DNA of 42,412 nucleotides from Basidiobolus meristosporus CBS 931.73 (lineage: Eukaryota > Fungi > Basidiobolomycota), in NCBI GenBank assembly GCA_002104905.1, contig MCFE01000717.1, positions 1-42,412 of the forward strand, written 5' to 3'. Positions within the stretch are counted from its first letter, which is position 1. Each line of letters begins with the position of its first letter. The notes beneath the pieces are model-generated. The model did not search any database. It saw nothing but the letters and a program-made list of their open reading frames with translations, and was not told where the DNA came from. The position numbers and the translations under genes were made by a program. This document shows, piece by piece, positions 1-12,622 of the stretch.

Positions 1-1400
1 TCTTCCAACTCTAGTGACCTCATTCAGTAAGGTATCCTACTCACTGGAAGGTTATCTCCTGTGCCAATGATATGATTGTTGAAATATTGGACTACTTGGT
101 ATCATTCAGCAGCTAAAAATTTACTTAACAATTCTAGGCTAGTCTTAGTCACTGTAGGACTCATTTACTGCCTTAACTTTGCCACTTTCTCCAGATATAT
201 GATCTTATGATTATTCCCCTATAGGCAGGATCAAATTAGCACTATTACCAAACATTATTTACTAACCCTGAAACTGTTACAGAATGCTCCTGAATATTGA
301 GAAACCCTCCCTACTTAGTGTTGCAGCTGTATTACTTCTACAAAGGTATAAATACTGAGCTTCTTTATGAATAAACAACAGTTCAACTATTATCACTATT
401 TCTTGATAAGTTCCTTATATCCAAATCACTTCTTAAATTGCAACAATGATCCACCTCTCTGACTGGTGGTAGGCTTACAAGTTCATCTGGAAATATGTAT
501 GAATATTCCTTCTAGCAAGTCTGGACTTTCTTGGGTTCTGGAGTAGAGGAATCCTCCCATGATACAAACTTGTGGAGCATCTGGATACCTTTTCTAAGTG
601 CTCCACACAACTGTGTCTTGCTAAGTTCACTTTTTTCACACACACTGGAATTGACCAAGTTGAAAGCCAGTCTTGCAGGTCATAGCTCATAGGGCTTATT
701 TTCCTTCTGGATCTGAATAGCATGGGCTCTCTAATTGACTGATGGATTACAACAAAATAGCCAGGCTTTTTCCAAGTACAAGATCAGACTTGTAGTTGCC
801 AAAAAAATAGGCCTGTAGGTCCTCTTCATAGTCATTGATGCTCATCCTTATTGGCTGAGTAATACAATTGATTATGTGAGAGCTCACATCAGCTGTTGAG
901 TCTGAAGTTGATTTGGTGGGGTCCAAGTTGATTCCAGCTTTCAAAGCAAATTGTTCTGAAATATTTCTCATGCAAGGCTCCTGAGTCAATCATGATCTGA
1001 ACAGGTACTATATTGATTACTCCATTCAAAAATAATAGCTTTCCTAAGTTTGAGGTCATATGGGATAGGCGTTCTTCTGTCATATAGAAGGTGAGTTCTG
1101 AGTATTCTTCAAGTTCATCCTCCATTTTACAATGCTCAAGGCCTTCAATCTGGCTGAAGGTTCTTGATGGCTGATGCCGATATAATGATTGTGGCCTCTC
1201 TGATTAGTCATTGTGGGCCTCCCAACTCCAATGATAGCTGAGTCATTGTCAATGGCAATGTTGATGGCTTCTTCAATAGTCTAGGGTCTTTGAAAATTCA
1301 CTTCCTTGCAAGTTCTTTTTTTCAATCTATCAATAAGGTATTCAACTTAGTCCAGGGGGTCCAATCCTTTAATTTGCCCCAGTAGACGTCTATATATAGG
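1..1400 (-). mobile_element. Degenerate Ty3/gypsy LTR retrotransposon: gag C-terminus, aspartic protease and start of RT (continues beyond window start)
   Basis: Minus-strand translation gives gag-like VEYLIDRLKKRTCKEVNFQRP*TIEEAINIA (~1250-1350) and the protease motif VQIMIDSGA (~975-1000), frameshifted into NISEQFALKAGI...SDLVLGK. The pre-RT motif HIIGTGDNLPVSRIPY*M lies at ~20-80. Stops and frameshifts throughout; right boundary approximate. Confidence 0.85.
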
Positions 1401-1949
1401 TTCCAGCAGCTGCTTATATTTATTTTGCCAGATCAATTGCCAGCTGATTGTATATCCTAGTGTAGGTTGTGCTGATTACACATTTGATTACTTCATCATC
1501 ACCTAATAAGATCCTACTTAATATATTTTTTTCTGTCTGATAAGGATCTGCTGATTCATTTGCTGACTAATGATACCAACTTGATAGATCACACTAATAT
1601 ACTGATAGGCTAAACATACAACTATTTGATTAGACTAAAAACTGATCTCACTTAAACATTGAAGCAATAGACCTTAACAAAAGATCACAGTCTAGGTACA
1701 TAATAATTTGGTGAAAGCATTTTAATTAAACACCAATATGGAATTTGATCAGGACAGAATGCTAGTCTAAGATTAAGATCTATGTGACTAAGTTAGCATG
1801 AAGAGTTAGGTAACAACTTAATAATAACAACGCTTACTACATGCTGGATATCTACTTAGCTCCAGTGTGGTGTCTTTATTTAAAAGAGAAACTGCTTGGT
1901 GTACTAGAAGTTACTAATATCACAAAAGTTCTACAACAGCAATGAGCTG

Positions 1950-3060
1950 TCAAACATGATATAATGTTTTGGAGAGAGAAAAATAAATGTGATGATACTG
2001 TCATATAGCCATCATAAAATTAAATCCTGTGACTAATAGGTATTAAATACCATGAGGACAGTGCTCAAAGACCACTAAAAAAACTGCACACCAGAGTTGA
2101 CAGAGAAATTGGTCAGAGTATCTTGTGACACCATCACTAAAGTGGCTATGACTGTTCTACTGCCAGTTTTCTTACTTTTCAATTGCAGACACTCAATCAC
2201 AATCCTGGACACTCCATCACCTCCTGCATATATTGAAATTGAACAACTTTCCATGCATACAAATTTGCTTATTTCCTTTCAATCTTAAGTTAAAACCCAC
2301 TTTCCATCTGTTCTGACTCATAGAAAGTTCCTTTACCCAACACTTTGTACATTAAGCCCAGGCTCATACTTTACAATTGACTCCACTAAAACCCACCACT
2401 CAATAGAAAAATCTGCCCAATTTCTTTTCTGTCAAAATGCCCTCTATCCATGCTTTTGGCAGTTACCCCACAGCTTGATTCCATTGTTTGCTCACTGGTC
2501 CCCATACTTCCTGGCCTTCAGCCAGCACTGCAGTATTTGGAACCTCATCTGCCAGACTTTTAAATCAATCCATGCAAGACTCATGATCATTTTCCCAGGC
2601 ACTGCTAAACAACAAGTGCCCCAATTGTTTCCTGTGCCCATTATTGCCCCATAATTCCACTGTATACTTTGCAATAGTCCTTTGAGTTCTTGAGGCTGTT
2701 GCTCTGTCTGTTAGTGAGATTTCCATTCTGTATACAATTGAGGATGGGGAGGCTGTGTTAGATGGATTGCTTCATTTGGTGAGCTCAGCCACCTCACTAG
2801 AATATAGCTCACCAGTCTGCATTTCCAACTCCTGAGAAAGCTGCCTGTTTTCTTGTTGGTGTTTCATCTTGGCTATTATAGGATTTAAGCTGCTTCAAGC
2901 TTTTGGCATTTAGTGGTGAATACTGCAGCTTTTGCTTACACTTTCTAGTCTCTGACTTAGACAGTCCTATTTACTTAGCACTGCCAGGTCTTATGCTGCT
3001 GCTTTGTCTGAATTCCTGTTGCCATGTACTACATTTTGTTCTTTTAAAATGCTGCATTGA
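1950..3060 (-). pseudogene. Degenerate C-terminal part of unidentified ORF-H (dispersed repeat)
   Basis: Nucleotide similarity to 10,080-11,330 and 21,500-22,600 (e.g. shared CATGCATACAAATT(T/G)GCTTAT at ~2252, ~10,350, ~21,800). Boundaries approximate. Confidence 0.7.
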
Positions 3061-3063
3061 TGC

Positions 3064-3631
3064 TGTGGTGGTGTAGAGGTACTCCTGGGAGAAGCTACAC
3101 AACTCAAGGTGTGTGATGTGTCTGATGGTTGCAACAATGTCTGGGTCTAAACTGCTGGTGTCTCTACTGCCATCTCATTTTTGTAAAAGCTCCTGTGTCT
3201 CAAGCTTCCTAGGTGCTCAAAGTGTCTCCAAAGACCTCAGTGTGTCTTGTGCACTACCCTGAAAAGCTCCTTCAAATCAGATCTGCGGCTAACTGTTGCA
3301 GGTAGGTGCAATGATCAACTGCTAATCAACAAGGGGGAAGTTTTACTGATAGCAGCAATGGGTCATTGATGAAGGATTGACTTACCTTAGATGCTTTTCC
3401 TGATTGCCAAGTCAATACAAGTGACAAGGTTCTCTAAGGTTTTGGGCTTCAGTTGAATTCTTGATGACTTAACTACAAGCTTATAATACTCCAAGATAGT
3501 TCTGGAAGGTTCAAAAAGGCACTGCACAGGCAACCAATTGGAGAAAAGTAGTGTGAAACCTCTACAACAAAGAGATATACTTTATGTATTGAAGTGGTGG
3601 GAATGGCAACACAAACCTAGGACATGTGCCA
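3064..3631. repeat. ~570-bp dispersed repeat with TG...CA ends (solo-LTR-like), copy 1
   Basis: Colinear with the reverse complement of 15,808-16,376 along its whole length (e.g. TGTGGTGGTGTAGAGGTACTCCTGGGAGAAGCTACACAACTCAAGGTGTGTGA). No TSD or PBS recognised. Confidence 0.75.
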
Positions 3632-4790
3632 AAGGCAATTGTATGCTGACTTTTGTATATTGTCTCTGCAGTAGATGATGTTATTAGAGTTGGTGTTTGG
3701 ATAATAACAATGTGTGTAAGATACCAAGTAAATCCCCGGGATCTCACACATTTGACAGCAATACCATCCATTGTGCCCAGAGAAGCCAGCTATCTTGCTG
3801 ATGGCTGGGGCATCTCCAATGCATATAACCATGTGCACTCTGATATTACAGCCATTTATTGTTATCCAGCTGGAAAGCATATAAAAATCATTCAGCAATG
3901 GATACCAGTAGCTATCCAGATTGGACTGTGATTTATGCCCTGATACCAGTGAGACTACAGTTAGATTTTGGCTCTGATACTGTAAGATAGGTGGCAGATT
4001 CAGGTTGATGAGAATCATTGGCTGGCAGAATTTGCTGACAGAGTACTTATTTAATTAGATTCATCCAGTGCCTAGGCAAAGGCATGGACATACATGCCTT
4101 CAATGTACACCTTGCTTCTTAACTCTGTGTAATGTTTGATATCAAATGTATCAAGTATGTTTGTGCAAGATTGATACTCAGTGCAGTACTTGAGAGCCTT
4201 GCAACATTTGTTGGACTGCATAAGCTTCTTTAGATGGGGTATTACTGGCGTATATCTGGAGTGTGAATGATGTTTTCCCCCAATGGTGGTGGATTCCTGA
4301 CATGTTGGACATCTTGCAATGGTGGCATTTTCTGATGTGAATGCAATGCAACTGTTAATGCTTGTAGGTATCAGGACAGTATCTGGGTTATATATTGCCA
4401 GCTGCAAGACTGTTGTCCATCTATACCTTGTATATGGCAAGTCACATCCCATGATGATTATGGCAGGAAGTAGTAGTATATCTCCAATGCCCCCATCACT
4501 GATATTAGTAGAAATGCACCACTTGTCCAGCCAAAACATCACATCATTCACCAGTGGATGGATTACTGGGCTTGCTTGACTCCATAAAGTATCCTTGCCA
4601 TTTTTTTCCACAGGTGTTGTCTTGTTGCATATAAGGATTTTGCCTGGCTCATGCAGGGTACTAATGTTAGCGGAGATTGGCTCACAATCCATCAGTGAGC
4701 CAGTTTCTTCAGAGCTATCACTCTGTATGCCATATTTAGAAGGCTGGGGGAGCCTAAGGGCTGCACAAACTCACCTGACTTAGTGTACTC
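3632..4790 (-). mobile_element. CACTA/EnSpm (CMC) Tnp2-family transposase pseudogene, copy alpha
   Basis: Motifs AFALGTD, LILINLNLPP, LDSYWYPLLND and GDAPAISKIAGFSGHNGWYCCQMCEIPG match Transposase_21-type sequences. One frameshift near 4,020-4,070; truncated by the 570-bp repeat. Confidence 0.85.
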
Positions 4791-5279
4791 AAGGTAACAA
4801 GTACAGCCAGATGCTGTTGTAGAAGTGTCGACTGGCTAGCAGAATATTTTTGGTATAGTAGTGACTGAAGAGTGGTCAAATATGGGCTGTAAGGCAAAAT
4901 ACTGGCTGTGAGCCTTCTAATATCTAATATCTAAGATGCTGTCTGCATGCTGCATGGCTCAGAGGCTGGTAACAATAGCCACATGGTTTTTCTTCTCTTT
5001 TCTTACTGCATTGAATCAAAGTATTCCTTTCCATTGGGCAAGCAGTTTAATGCTCACTAACATATTGCTATTACAGCATTTTCTTGCTGTTATTCATGTG
5101 AACTTAAGTCAGTCTTGTATTTATGACATTGCACCTCTATGAGTGTAAGATTCAATGATGACCTGCCAAAATAAGCATTATTGAAACATTTATGGTGCCA
5201 TCTACACATGTAACACCATTTCCCCTTTGGTTTAGCTCACTTGCACATATTTGCTGCCAAAAAATCTAACAAAGTTGTC

Positions 5280-5530
5280 TGGCTCCCAACCAAACCCCAT
5301 GGCTGAAAGCAGTAGGAGAACAGGTGGACAACAGCTTGCTTTAACACTCAGCTCAACAAGCAGGGCTAAATGAAAAAACAGTCATGTTGACAGTGTACCC
5401 ACTGAAGGTACTAATGCTGACTCCAATGGCTTGCAGTCAAGAAGGCAGTTCAAAATCTGTGTGATGCTGCAGGCTGACCATAATGCTCAAGCAGTTGAGA
5501 ATGTTGCAAATACAGTATCTAACACCACCA
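5280..5530 (+). pseudogene. N-terminal fragment of ORF-H, divergent from CACTA transposase alpha
   Basis: 5,360-5,520 is an inverted homolog of 5,900-6,060 (GGCTAAAT(G/C)AAAAAA...CATGTTGACAGTGT(A/G)(C/T)CCACTGAAG). Confidence 0.6.
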
Positions 5531-6082
5531 TCTTACCCTCCTGTGCAGTAATTGATTTCTCTTTAGGCTTATCTTTGACACTGTTGTTGTGCTTCAGTGA
5601 TTCAATGGTGTTCATCTACTTTTACATTGTGAACTGGCTCAATCTTAGCTGTGACTTTGAGCTACTTATGTGCCTTGTTTGCAGCTAAGATGCTACATTC
5701 TCTACCTGCAATATTGAATGCTCCACATATATTCTCCACTCATCCTGTATCTGAACATCTACTTGACTTTCCTGGGCCATTGCTGCTATTATATCAGCCC
5801 TGGACCTAGTTACCTCAACAGTGCTTTTGTATAAGCTGACAATACAGTTGCTAACACAGGAGCTGGTAATGTTATGATGGCCATTTGCAGGTCATAAACT
5901 GAAGGTTCTGCATTTGCAGCATTCTCTTGGGCATGAGCATTACTGTGTGCTTTTGACTCCACAAAGATTTTCCACTGCCTGATTGACTGAGAGCCTGAAG
6001 AGTCCTGATTACTATCTTCAGTGGACACACTGTCAACATGGGCTTTTTTTGATTTAGCCTTGCTTGTTGCACTTAATCTCAA
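5530..6082 (-). pseudogene. N-terminal half of ORF-H, divergent from CACTA transposase beta
   Basis: ORF 5810-6082 (...DLQMAIITLPAPVLATVLSAYTK) is homologous to 20,110-20,400 (...DQQMTYITLPLPILA) and 19,140-19,374. It provides empty-site sequence for two insertions. Confidence 0.65.
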
Positions 6083-6639
6083 AGGAAGCTGTTGTCAAAC
6101 CATTCTTCTGCTGCTGTCTGTAGTACAATGTAGATGGGAATCACGCAATTTGCTTTATAACTTAATAGCATATATGGAGGGGTGAGTCTAACCAAAGGGT
6201 AATTATTTAACATATGCATGTGAATGTGGTGCCTCAACTTTATTTAACATGCTTACTGTAGCAAGCCATTAGTGAATTTGCACTTGTGTAGGTGTGATGT
6301 CTCAAGTGCATGATGTTCATAAACTCACACAAGTACTGACCAAAAGTGATATAATAGCTTTACCTTATTGAGTGTCAAGCTCTTTGCCCCACAAGTAAGA
6401 CTACTCTGACTCAATAGCATAAGGAAAGAGTAAAAAGTCCATATAGCTACTATGACAAGGCTCTCAGTCATGAAGCATGAATACAGTATATGTTGCATCA
6501 CATGTATGATAGTCTGTGTTTGCCACAGATCAGATTTAAGCATTAATCTATCACAACTGTGCCATCAATATTCTGCTGGCCACCTAATCCCTGTATGGCA
6601 ACACCTAGCTGAACTTGTAGCCTTGCACAAGCCAAGTTG

Positions 6640-7550
6640 GGTGGGTGTGTAGACCTTTTGGCCCACCTCAGCCTTGTCAATAAGCCCTGCTGAATGAGAG
6701 CTCTGAAGAGGCATACCCACTGATGGATTTGGAGTCTATCTAGCAGCAGTACCCTGCATGAGCCTGACAGAATCCCAATACACAATGAGACAACGCCTAT
6801 GGAAAGATGCCAAGGATATGCCTTGAAGCAAAGTGAGCCAAGTAATAAATTTGCTGAGAAACAATCAGATGTTGTTTCTAGAGAAGTGGCATGTTTTGAC
6901 CAATATCAGCAATGGAGGTGTTGAGGTTCTACTGCTACTACTTCCCAAAGCTATTTCAGGATGCAATTTACCACATTCTGGGCTCAAATAAGCAAACATT
7001 GTGTAGCGGGTGACATATGACTCAGAGAAAATCCTGATATCAGCATATTTCAGCAGTTGAATGGCATTAACATCAGAAAAGGCCACCATTGCAAGATTTC
7101 CAATTTGTCAGGAATTTCTTACCACGGGAGTAAACATTGCTACACTCCAGATATACTCCTGCAATACCCTGCTAAGGTATATGATGAAGTCCAACAAATA
7201 CTATGTAGCTACAAAGTACTCACTTGGTATCAATCAAGTGCAAACATCTCTGATATAACTGATGGCAAGCATAACAATCAACTAAGAGGCATGGTCTAAC
7301 TTGAAGGTATGTACACCCATGCCTTTGCCTTGGGACTTGAAGGTTTCTCACAGTATCAGTGCTCTACCAGCAAGTACTGCTGGCAACTGATTTTCATCAA
7401 CCTGAGTCTGCCCCCAAATATATGGTATCAGAGCAGAAGTCTGATTTTTGACTCACTGATGTTTGAGTCTATATCACCACCCATCCTGGATAGCTACCTG
7501 TATCTGTTGCCAGATGAGCATTGTGTAAAGCACTAGGAGCATCATCTTCT
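6640..7550 (+). mobile_element. CACTA/EnSpm Tnp2-family transposase pseudogene, copy beta
   Basis: Inverted homolog of 3,900-4,790; translates MYTHAFALGLEGF...WQLIFINLSLPP. Confidence 0.8.
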
Positions 7551-8849
7551 TATGGAGGGAACAAACAAAAGTCAGTTTGCCAGTGCAGCAAAGTTGGCAA
7601 CTAATTAGCCATTATCCAGAATATGGAATTTATTGAATACCAGATTTACTAAAACAAAGAGTAGGTTTTTGAGTAATTTGCTTTCAACAGTATCCCTGTA
7701 TTAATGATCAAGTTGTTAATGGGCTTTTGAAGCTACTTGATCCTGTCTTAATATGCTCACCTATACAAATGCATTGACTGGAAGAATGGGATATGTGTTT
7801 ATTCAGTTGGCCTTCTGAAGCCATTTCTACCAAGAGTACAGTGAGAGCATTGGGAGAATATAGGAATATTTGTTCAGAAGTAGATCATCAATGCCAATTT
7901 GGCACATTTGGAGCATTTATGGAAGGAGTTTATATTGGGATTTGAGTGGCTACACTACCAGCAAAAAGCTAATGTGTAAATCTCTGCCACCACTGTATTC
8001 ATTCTCTACTCCATCTTCCTTGGTGTGTAAAGAATATTGGGCCTTGATGCACCTTAGGGGAGCTTTTTATGAAACAGATGTGAGGTAAGATAGGAAGACC
8101 AAATAGGTTGCAGGTATTAAAATTTCCCAATCTTACTTGATTATAGCTTTCAGCTCTTTGATTGATGTGATGAGCTGGTACATTAAGAATAGTTAGGCAG
8201 AGCTGAGAAATGGCGAGGACAGATCTGCACATGGAGACACCTATGCAAATGGCATAAAGGAACTAAGCAGTCCCAATGTGTGGGTAATTGGTTAAGTTGG
8301 GCAAGGCTGGGTTGGACACAACAAACATCTAACTAATGTCTGGGCAGCTTCACCAGAGTATCCCAGATTCCCCCTGATCACAAGCCAATTTCTACACCAT
8401 ACCATAAAGAACTCGCACAAAGCAGAGCCAGAGTGCACCTATTAGGAGGACTAGAATCCTGCTGGGTGTAGGAGTATATTGGCAACATAGCACAAAGTTC
8501 TTTCCTGATACTCAGGAGGTATTGATGTCAGAAGTAGTGGTAACCAAGCATGTGTTTGCAAGATGTATATGGTAACTTTATAAGTGTCACACTGAAAAGC
8601 TGTAAGTTGAGATAATAGAAGTGTGTCAATTGCAGCAGGTGTGCAGATATGTAGAGGTTAGTCAGCAGGAGGCAATAGGTTTTTTTGACTTAGACTATAT
8701 GTGAAATGCCCACAGTAGTAATGCGTAAGCAACTGAAGAGGGGTGATTCTACTGTGGGATATGTGTAAGGTACAAGGGATAGTAGATAAGGCAATACTAT
8801 TTGGTAAACCAGTACAGTTTTGTTATACAGAACTATCTGTAGGCCAACA

Positions 8850-9150
8850 TACTGCTGAAATGAAGCCATCAGAGCACCATCATGTTTCTTTTAATAAACA
8901 GCAGTATATGCATTGACTGGTTTGGACTGCTCTGATAAACATTGAGTGCATCAAGTCCATCCAAGCACCATGCATTTGTTGGCTAAAAACTGCTCAAATG
9001 CTGTCATGTTTGAAACTTTGTTTGGCTGCATAATCAGCAAAATGCCATCACAATCCCATCTTAGGATAACAATATGGGTAATTAATTACAAGCTGCTGGC
9101 ATTCTGGCAGCTTCATGGTGAAATACTGATGGCTGATCTGAACTGAATCC
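8850..9150 (+). pseudogene. Possible distal (DUF4218-like) part of the CACTA transposase
   Basis: MFETLFGCIISKMPSQSHL resembles the xERxxGxIxxxxxSxxHP motif C-terminal to Tnp2 domains. Weak, by eye. Confidence 0.3.
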
Positions 9151-11392
9151 ACCTATGGGAGCAAATTATTTCTCAGAGGATAATAAGCTTATATAAGGCT
9201 CTAGGTACTTGAGATTAAATCATGAACAAGCATATAGAGGCCTCCTACTGTCCAAGTGTGGAGTTGAGATCCTGGCCCAAGTATATGCAAATAGTCTCTA
9301 TACACACTATAGATTATACATAATAAACTACTGAGGAGTATGCTGGTTGCCCTGCACTGGTACATATATCACTTTGCATAAAGTGATGGATGATCATGTA
9401 AATTGACATGTATTAATTCTTTATCTTGCTTTTTCAACACAATCAAGTTACTTGAAGCTCTCAGCTACATGTCATACTGCAGTAAAAGTATCTGCTACTA
9501 AGATTCTGAGAGAAGTGGCTGTTCAGGGAGGTGTATTTAAGTAAAATTGATCCATCCTGTAAAACAAAATCACAGTTCTAAATGGATGACCAATTAGGAT
9601 GAAACACCTGATAATTTAAGTATCTTGAGCACATGAGGCTCCTGAACACTGAAGAGGATCTGACAAGCTGTGCATATGCTATCTGTTTGCTTCTAAACTT
9701 GATCAACAAGGAGAATTCAGCCACCAGCATCTTCAAAACTAGATATGAAACAAAACCTACTACCATAATCTGGAAGCCTTACCATATAAGGCTTGTAATC
9801 CTAACTTGTCTTCATGTTGTAGCTGCTTTGACACAAAGAGTTGACTGGTAAGGATCTCTTATGGCTCATGTTGAGGTATATTATTTTACAGCTGAATTAA
9901 CTGGTTTTTCCACTTTGTTGATACAAGAATGTTGGATATATAGGTGCTATGTTCAAGCATCATGGGAGGAAATCATTGCCAGAGATATATGCCCCCATCT
10001 ACACATATAAGTACTACTACAGTAGGATGGCTATAAACCCTATAAAGAATTAATGTGATGATCCTGTTGAAAGGCTGTCATAGAGCTAAAATCTCATGAC
10101 TAAGAGGTATTTATCTCATTGGGACATGATGCAATAACCATTGAAGCAAATATTTCACCCAAGATTTCTCAAGAAACCTGGTAAGAAATTTCATCCATCA
10201 ATACATTAGTGGCTTCTCCTTGGCTTGCTGCCAATTCTTGCACTCTCTGTTACCAGACACTCCATCATATCCTATGCTTGTATACATTGCTTGGCTATTG
10301 TCACTTTTTCACCCTCCTTACTTCTAGACTCCACAATGCAATAACTTTTCATGCATACAAATTGGCTTATTTTGGTTTAAACTTCAGTTGTGCCTCAATT
10401 AGTGATTGTAATAATAGGTACAAGTCCCAATACCCAATACTGACATTATATCCAACACCATGCTCAATTGGTAACTTCACAGATATACAGCACTAATCAG
10501 TATTTCTGCTATAGAAGTCTCTTTCTGTGTTTATGGGAGGATTGCTATGGATTTATGCCATTTTTTGATCACTGATACCCATACATCCTGGTCTTCACCT
10601 GGCACTGCATAGTCTATCATCTTATCTGCCAGTTTTTGCAATAAATCCTTGTAATATTCAAGTGTGTTTTCCTGAGCACTCCTCTAAAAGAAGTGCTGCA
10701 ACCTCTGGGTGCACCTATTAATGCTGCAAAGCACCCTTTTAGGCACTGGAATAGTCTTTTGGGATCTTGGCATTATTGCATTGTCTGGCAGTGAGATCTC
10801 CACTGTGTCCACAATGAAGAAATTGGAGACAGTGGTAGACAAACAGCCTTCCACTGCAAGTTCATCTACCTCACTGAAGTGCAGCTCAACTGGATGTACT
10901 TCAATTCTTGTGAGCAGAGCAGCTTTATTGTTAGTAACTCTTGGTGGCAATTATGGGATGCAACCCATTCTAGGCTGATAACACTACTTGCTGAGAATTG
11001 CAGCATTTTTGCACACTTCTTTGTCACTGGCTTGGGGATACTTTTTTTTCAGTATCTTTACTTTTATCACTACAAGGTTTTACACTGCTACTTTGCCCAA
11101 GTGCTTCTTGTATTGTTCTACATTTCCCCTTTGATTCATGCTGCATCTGTGCATTTGTTTCTGCCTGCTTGCTGGTTGCTGGCACCTTCCTGGCCACCAG
11201 ACTTTGTTGCCTACTTCTGCTGAGCTTTGAGCCCTGCTTGTCACAGACTATTGTGAATGTCATAGGTTTATCACTATTAGGCCCTTCTCTACTACTTTGA
11301 ATGAGTGTTTATTGTACTGGACCAAATTTTCTCTTTGATAAATGCTGCACTGAGAGACTTGTCTGCCTGCTTGGCCCCTTCTGGGAATTATC

Positions 11393-12622
11393 TGTTGTGT
11401 TGTATTGTGATTAGTTTGGGGCTTGTTCTACAATGCAGAGGCTAATCAACAATAAACAACAACTTCCAGTATGCTAATACCAAAATAGTTTATTGGGAGT
11501 TTGATACCCTAATAGAAGATATAACTTTCACTAATTTCCTCAATCTTAGGCTCAAAATATGCTGTAGGCAGTGTTTATCACTTCTACAGCAGTGTTTGGA
11601 CCTTCTGTTGACTAATGGACTTATCTACTTTTAAAGTAACTTTTCCCTATTTGGAAGTCACTTTCATTTCTGAGAAAATATTTCCTAATATGGAAACCCT
11701 GAACTCCCCTTTAACCTAAAGGGGTATGCTGTAGAAGTCTCTAATGGGGTCTTTAGACCTAAACGGGTGTCTTTAGAGTATAGGGGCATCTTGTAATGGT
11801 CTCTAAAGTGGGCTTTACACCAAAGGGGTGCCTAAAGGGGCTTCTTTAGAGTAAAGGGGTTTCTTAAAGGGGGGTCTCTAAAGGGGTCTTTACACTAAAG
11901 GGGTGTCTAAAGGGGTGTCTTTAGAGTTAAGGGGTTTCTTAGAGGGGACCTTTCCAACAGGAGAGTGGTAGTTTCTTGTAGAACTTAGATTGGATTCTTG
12001 TGAGCTTTACAGTCTCTTTACTGATGTAGTACCAATCAAAGTCAGAATACTCAACAGTGCAAGTGATGCAGGGGAAGTCTTATAACCTTTAAACTTGTAA
12101 TTGTAGTGTGGAGATTCTGGAAAGAGAGGCTCTCCTTTATTTTTCAGCTTGGGAAGTCAAATATATGGAAATTTTGAAGGATCAAAGTTTTGGGCAATTG
12201 CACAAGCAATGCACGTGATACAAAGCTAAAATTTTGTAGTGGCACAGATTGGATATAGGCACAGCACCTGTGAAAATATCACGTGCTTGATTGGCTGGTT
12301 CAAAAGTAACATGCAATCAAAGTCACCACAGTATTCCTGGTAATAAGGCATAGTATATATTATAATTGGACTCTTTTGGTCATAACTCCTTAAGTATTGC
12401 TTTAAATGCGCTGTAATTTGAAACATGTTTTGGCTACTACGTGTTCTGTATGACATAATATTCTTGGGTGGATTGCTTGGCAGGGCCTGGAGCATTTGCT
12501 CTTCAAAGTTGTAAATTCTTGATCTTTCACCTGTGTGTTACATTAGCAAAAAGCAAAATAAAGAAATGAGTGCAATATTGGTTTAAAGATATTGTAGTAA
12601 TGGAATACTTTCCATTACTACA
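11393..12622 (-). mobile_element. Unclassified ~1.2-kb TG...CA element Y, copy 1
   Basis: Ends TGTTGT...ACTACA; flanks TATC (11,389-11,392) and CATC (12,623-12,626). Inverted homolog of 13,099-14,286. Terminal hairpin at 12,593-12,622. Confidence 0.8.

Noticed and set aside
1400-1950. 5' LTR and PBS of the gypsy element
   Set aside because: No second LTR in the window and no convincing TG...CA boundary or tRNA-complementary PBS.
7600-8232. Degenerate minus-strand gene
   Set aside because: The best frame has about nine stops in ~210 codons, close to random expectation, and no motif was recognised.
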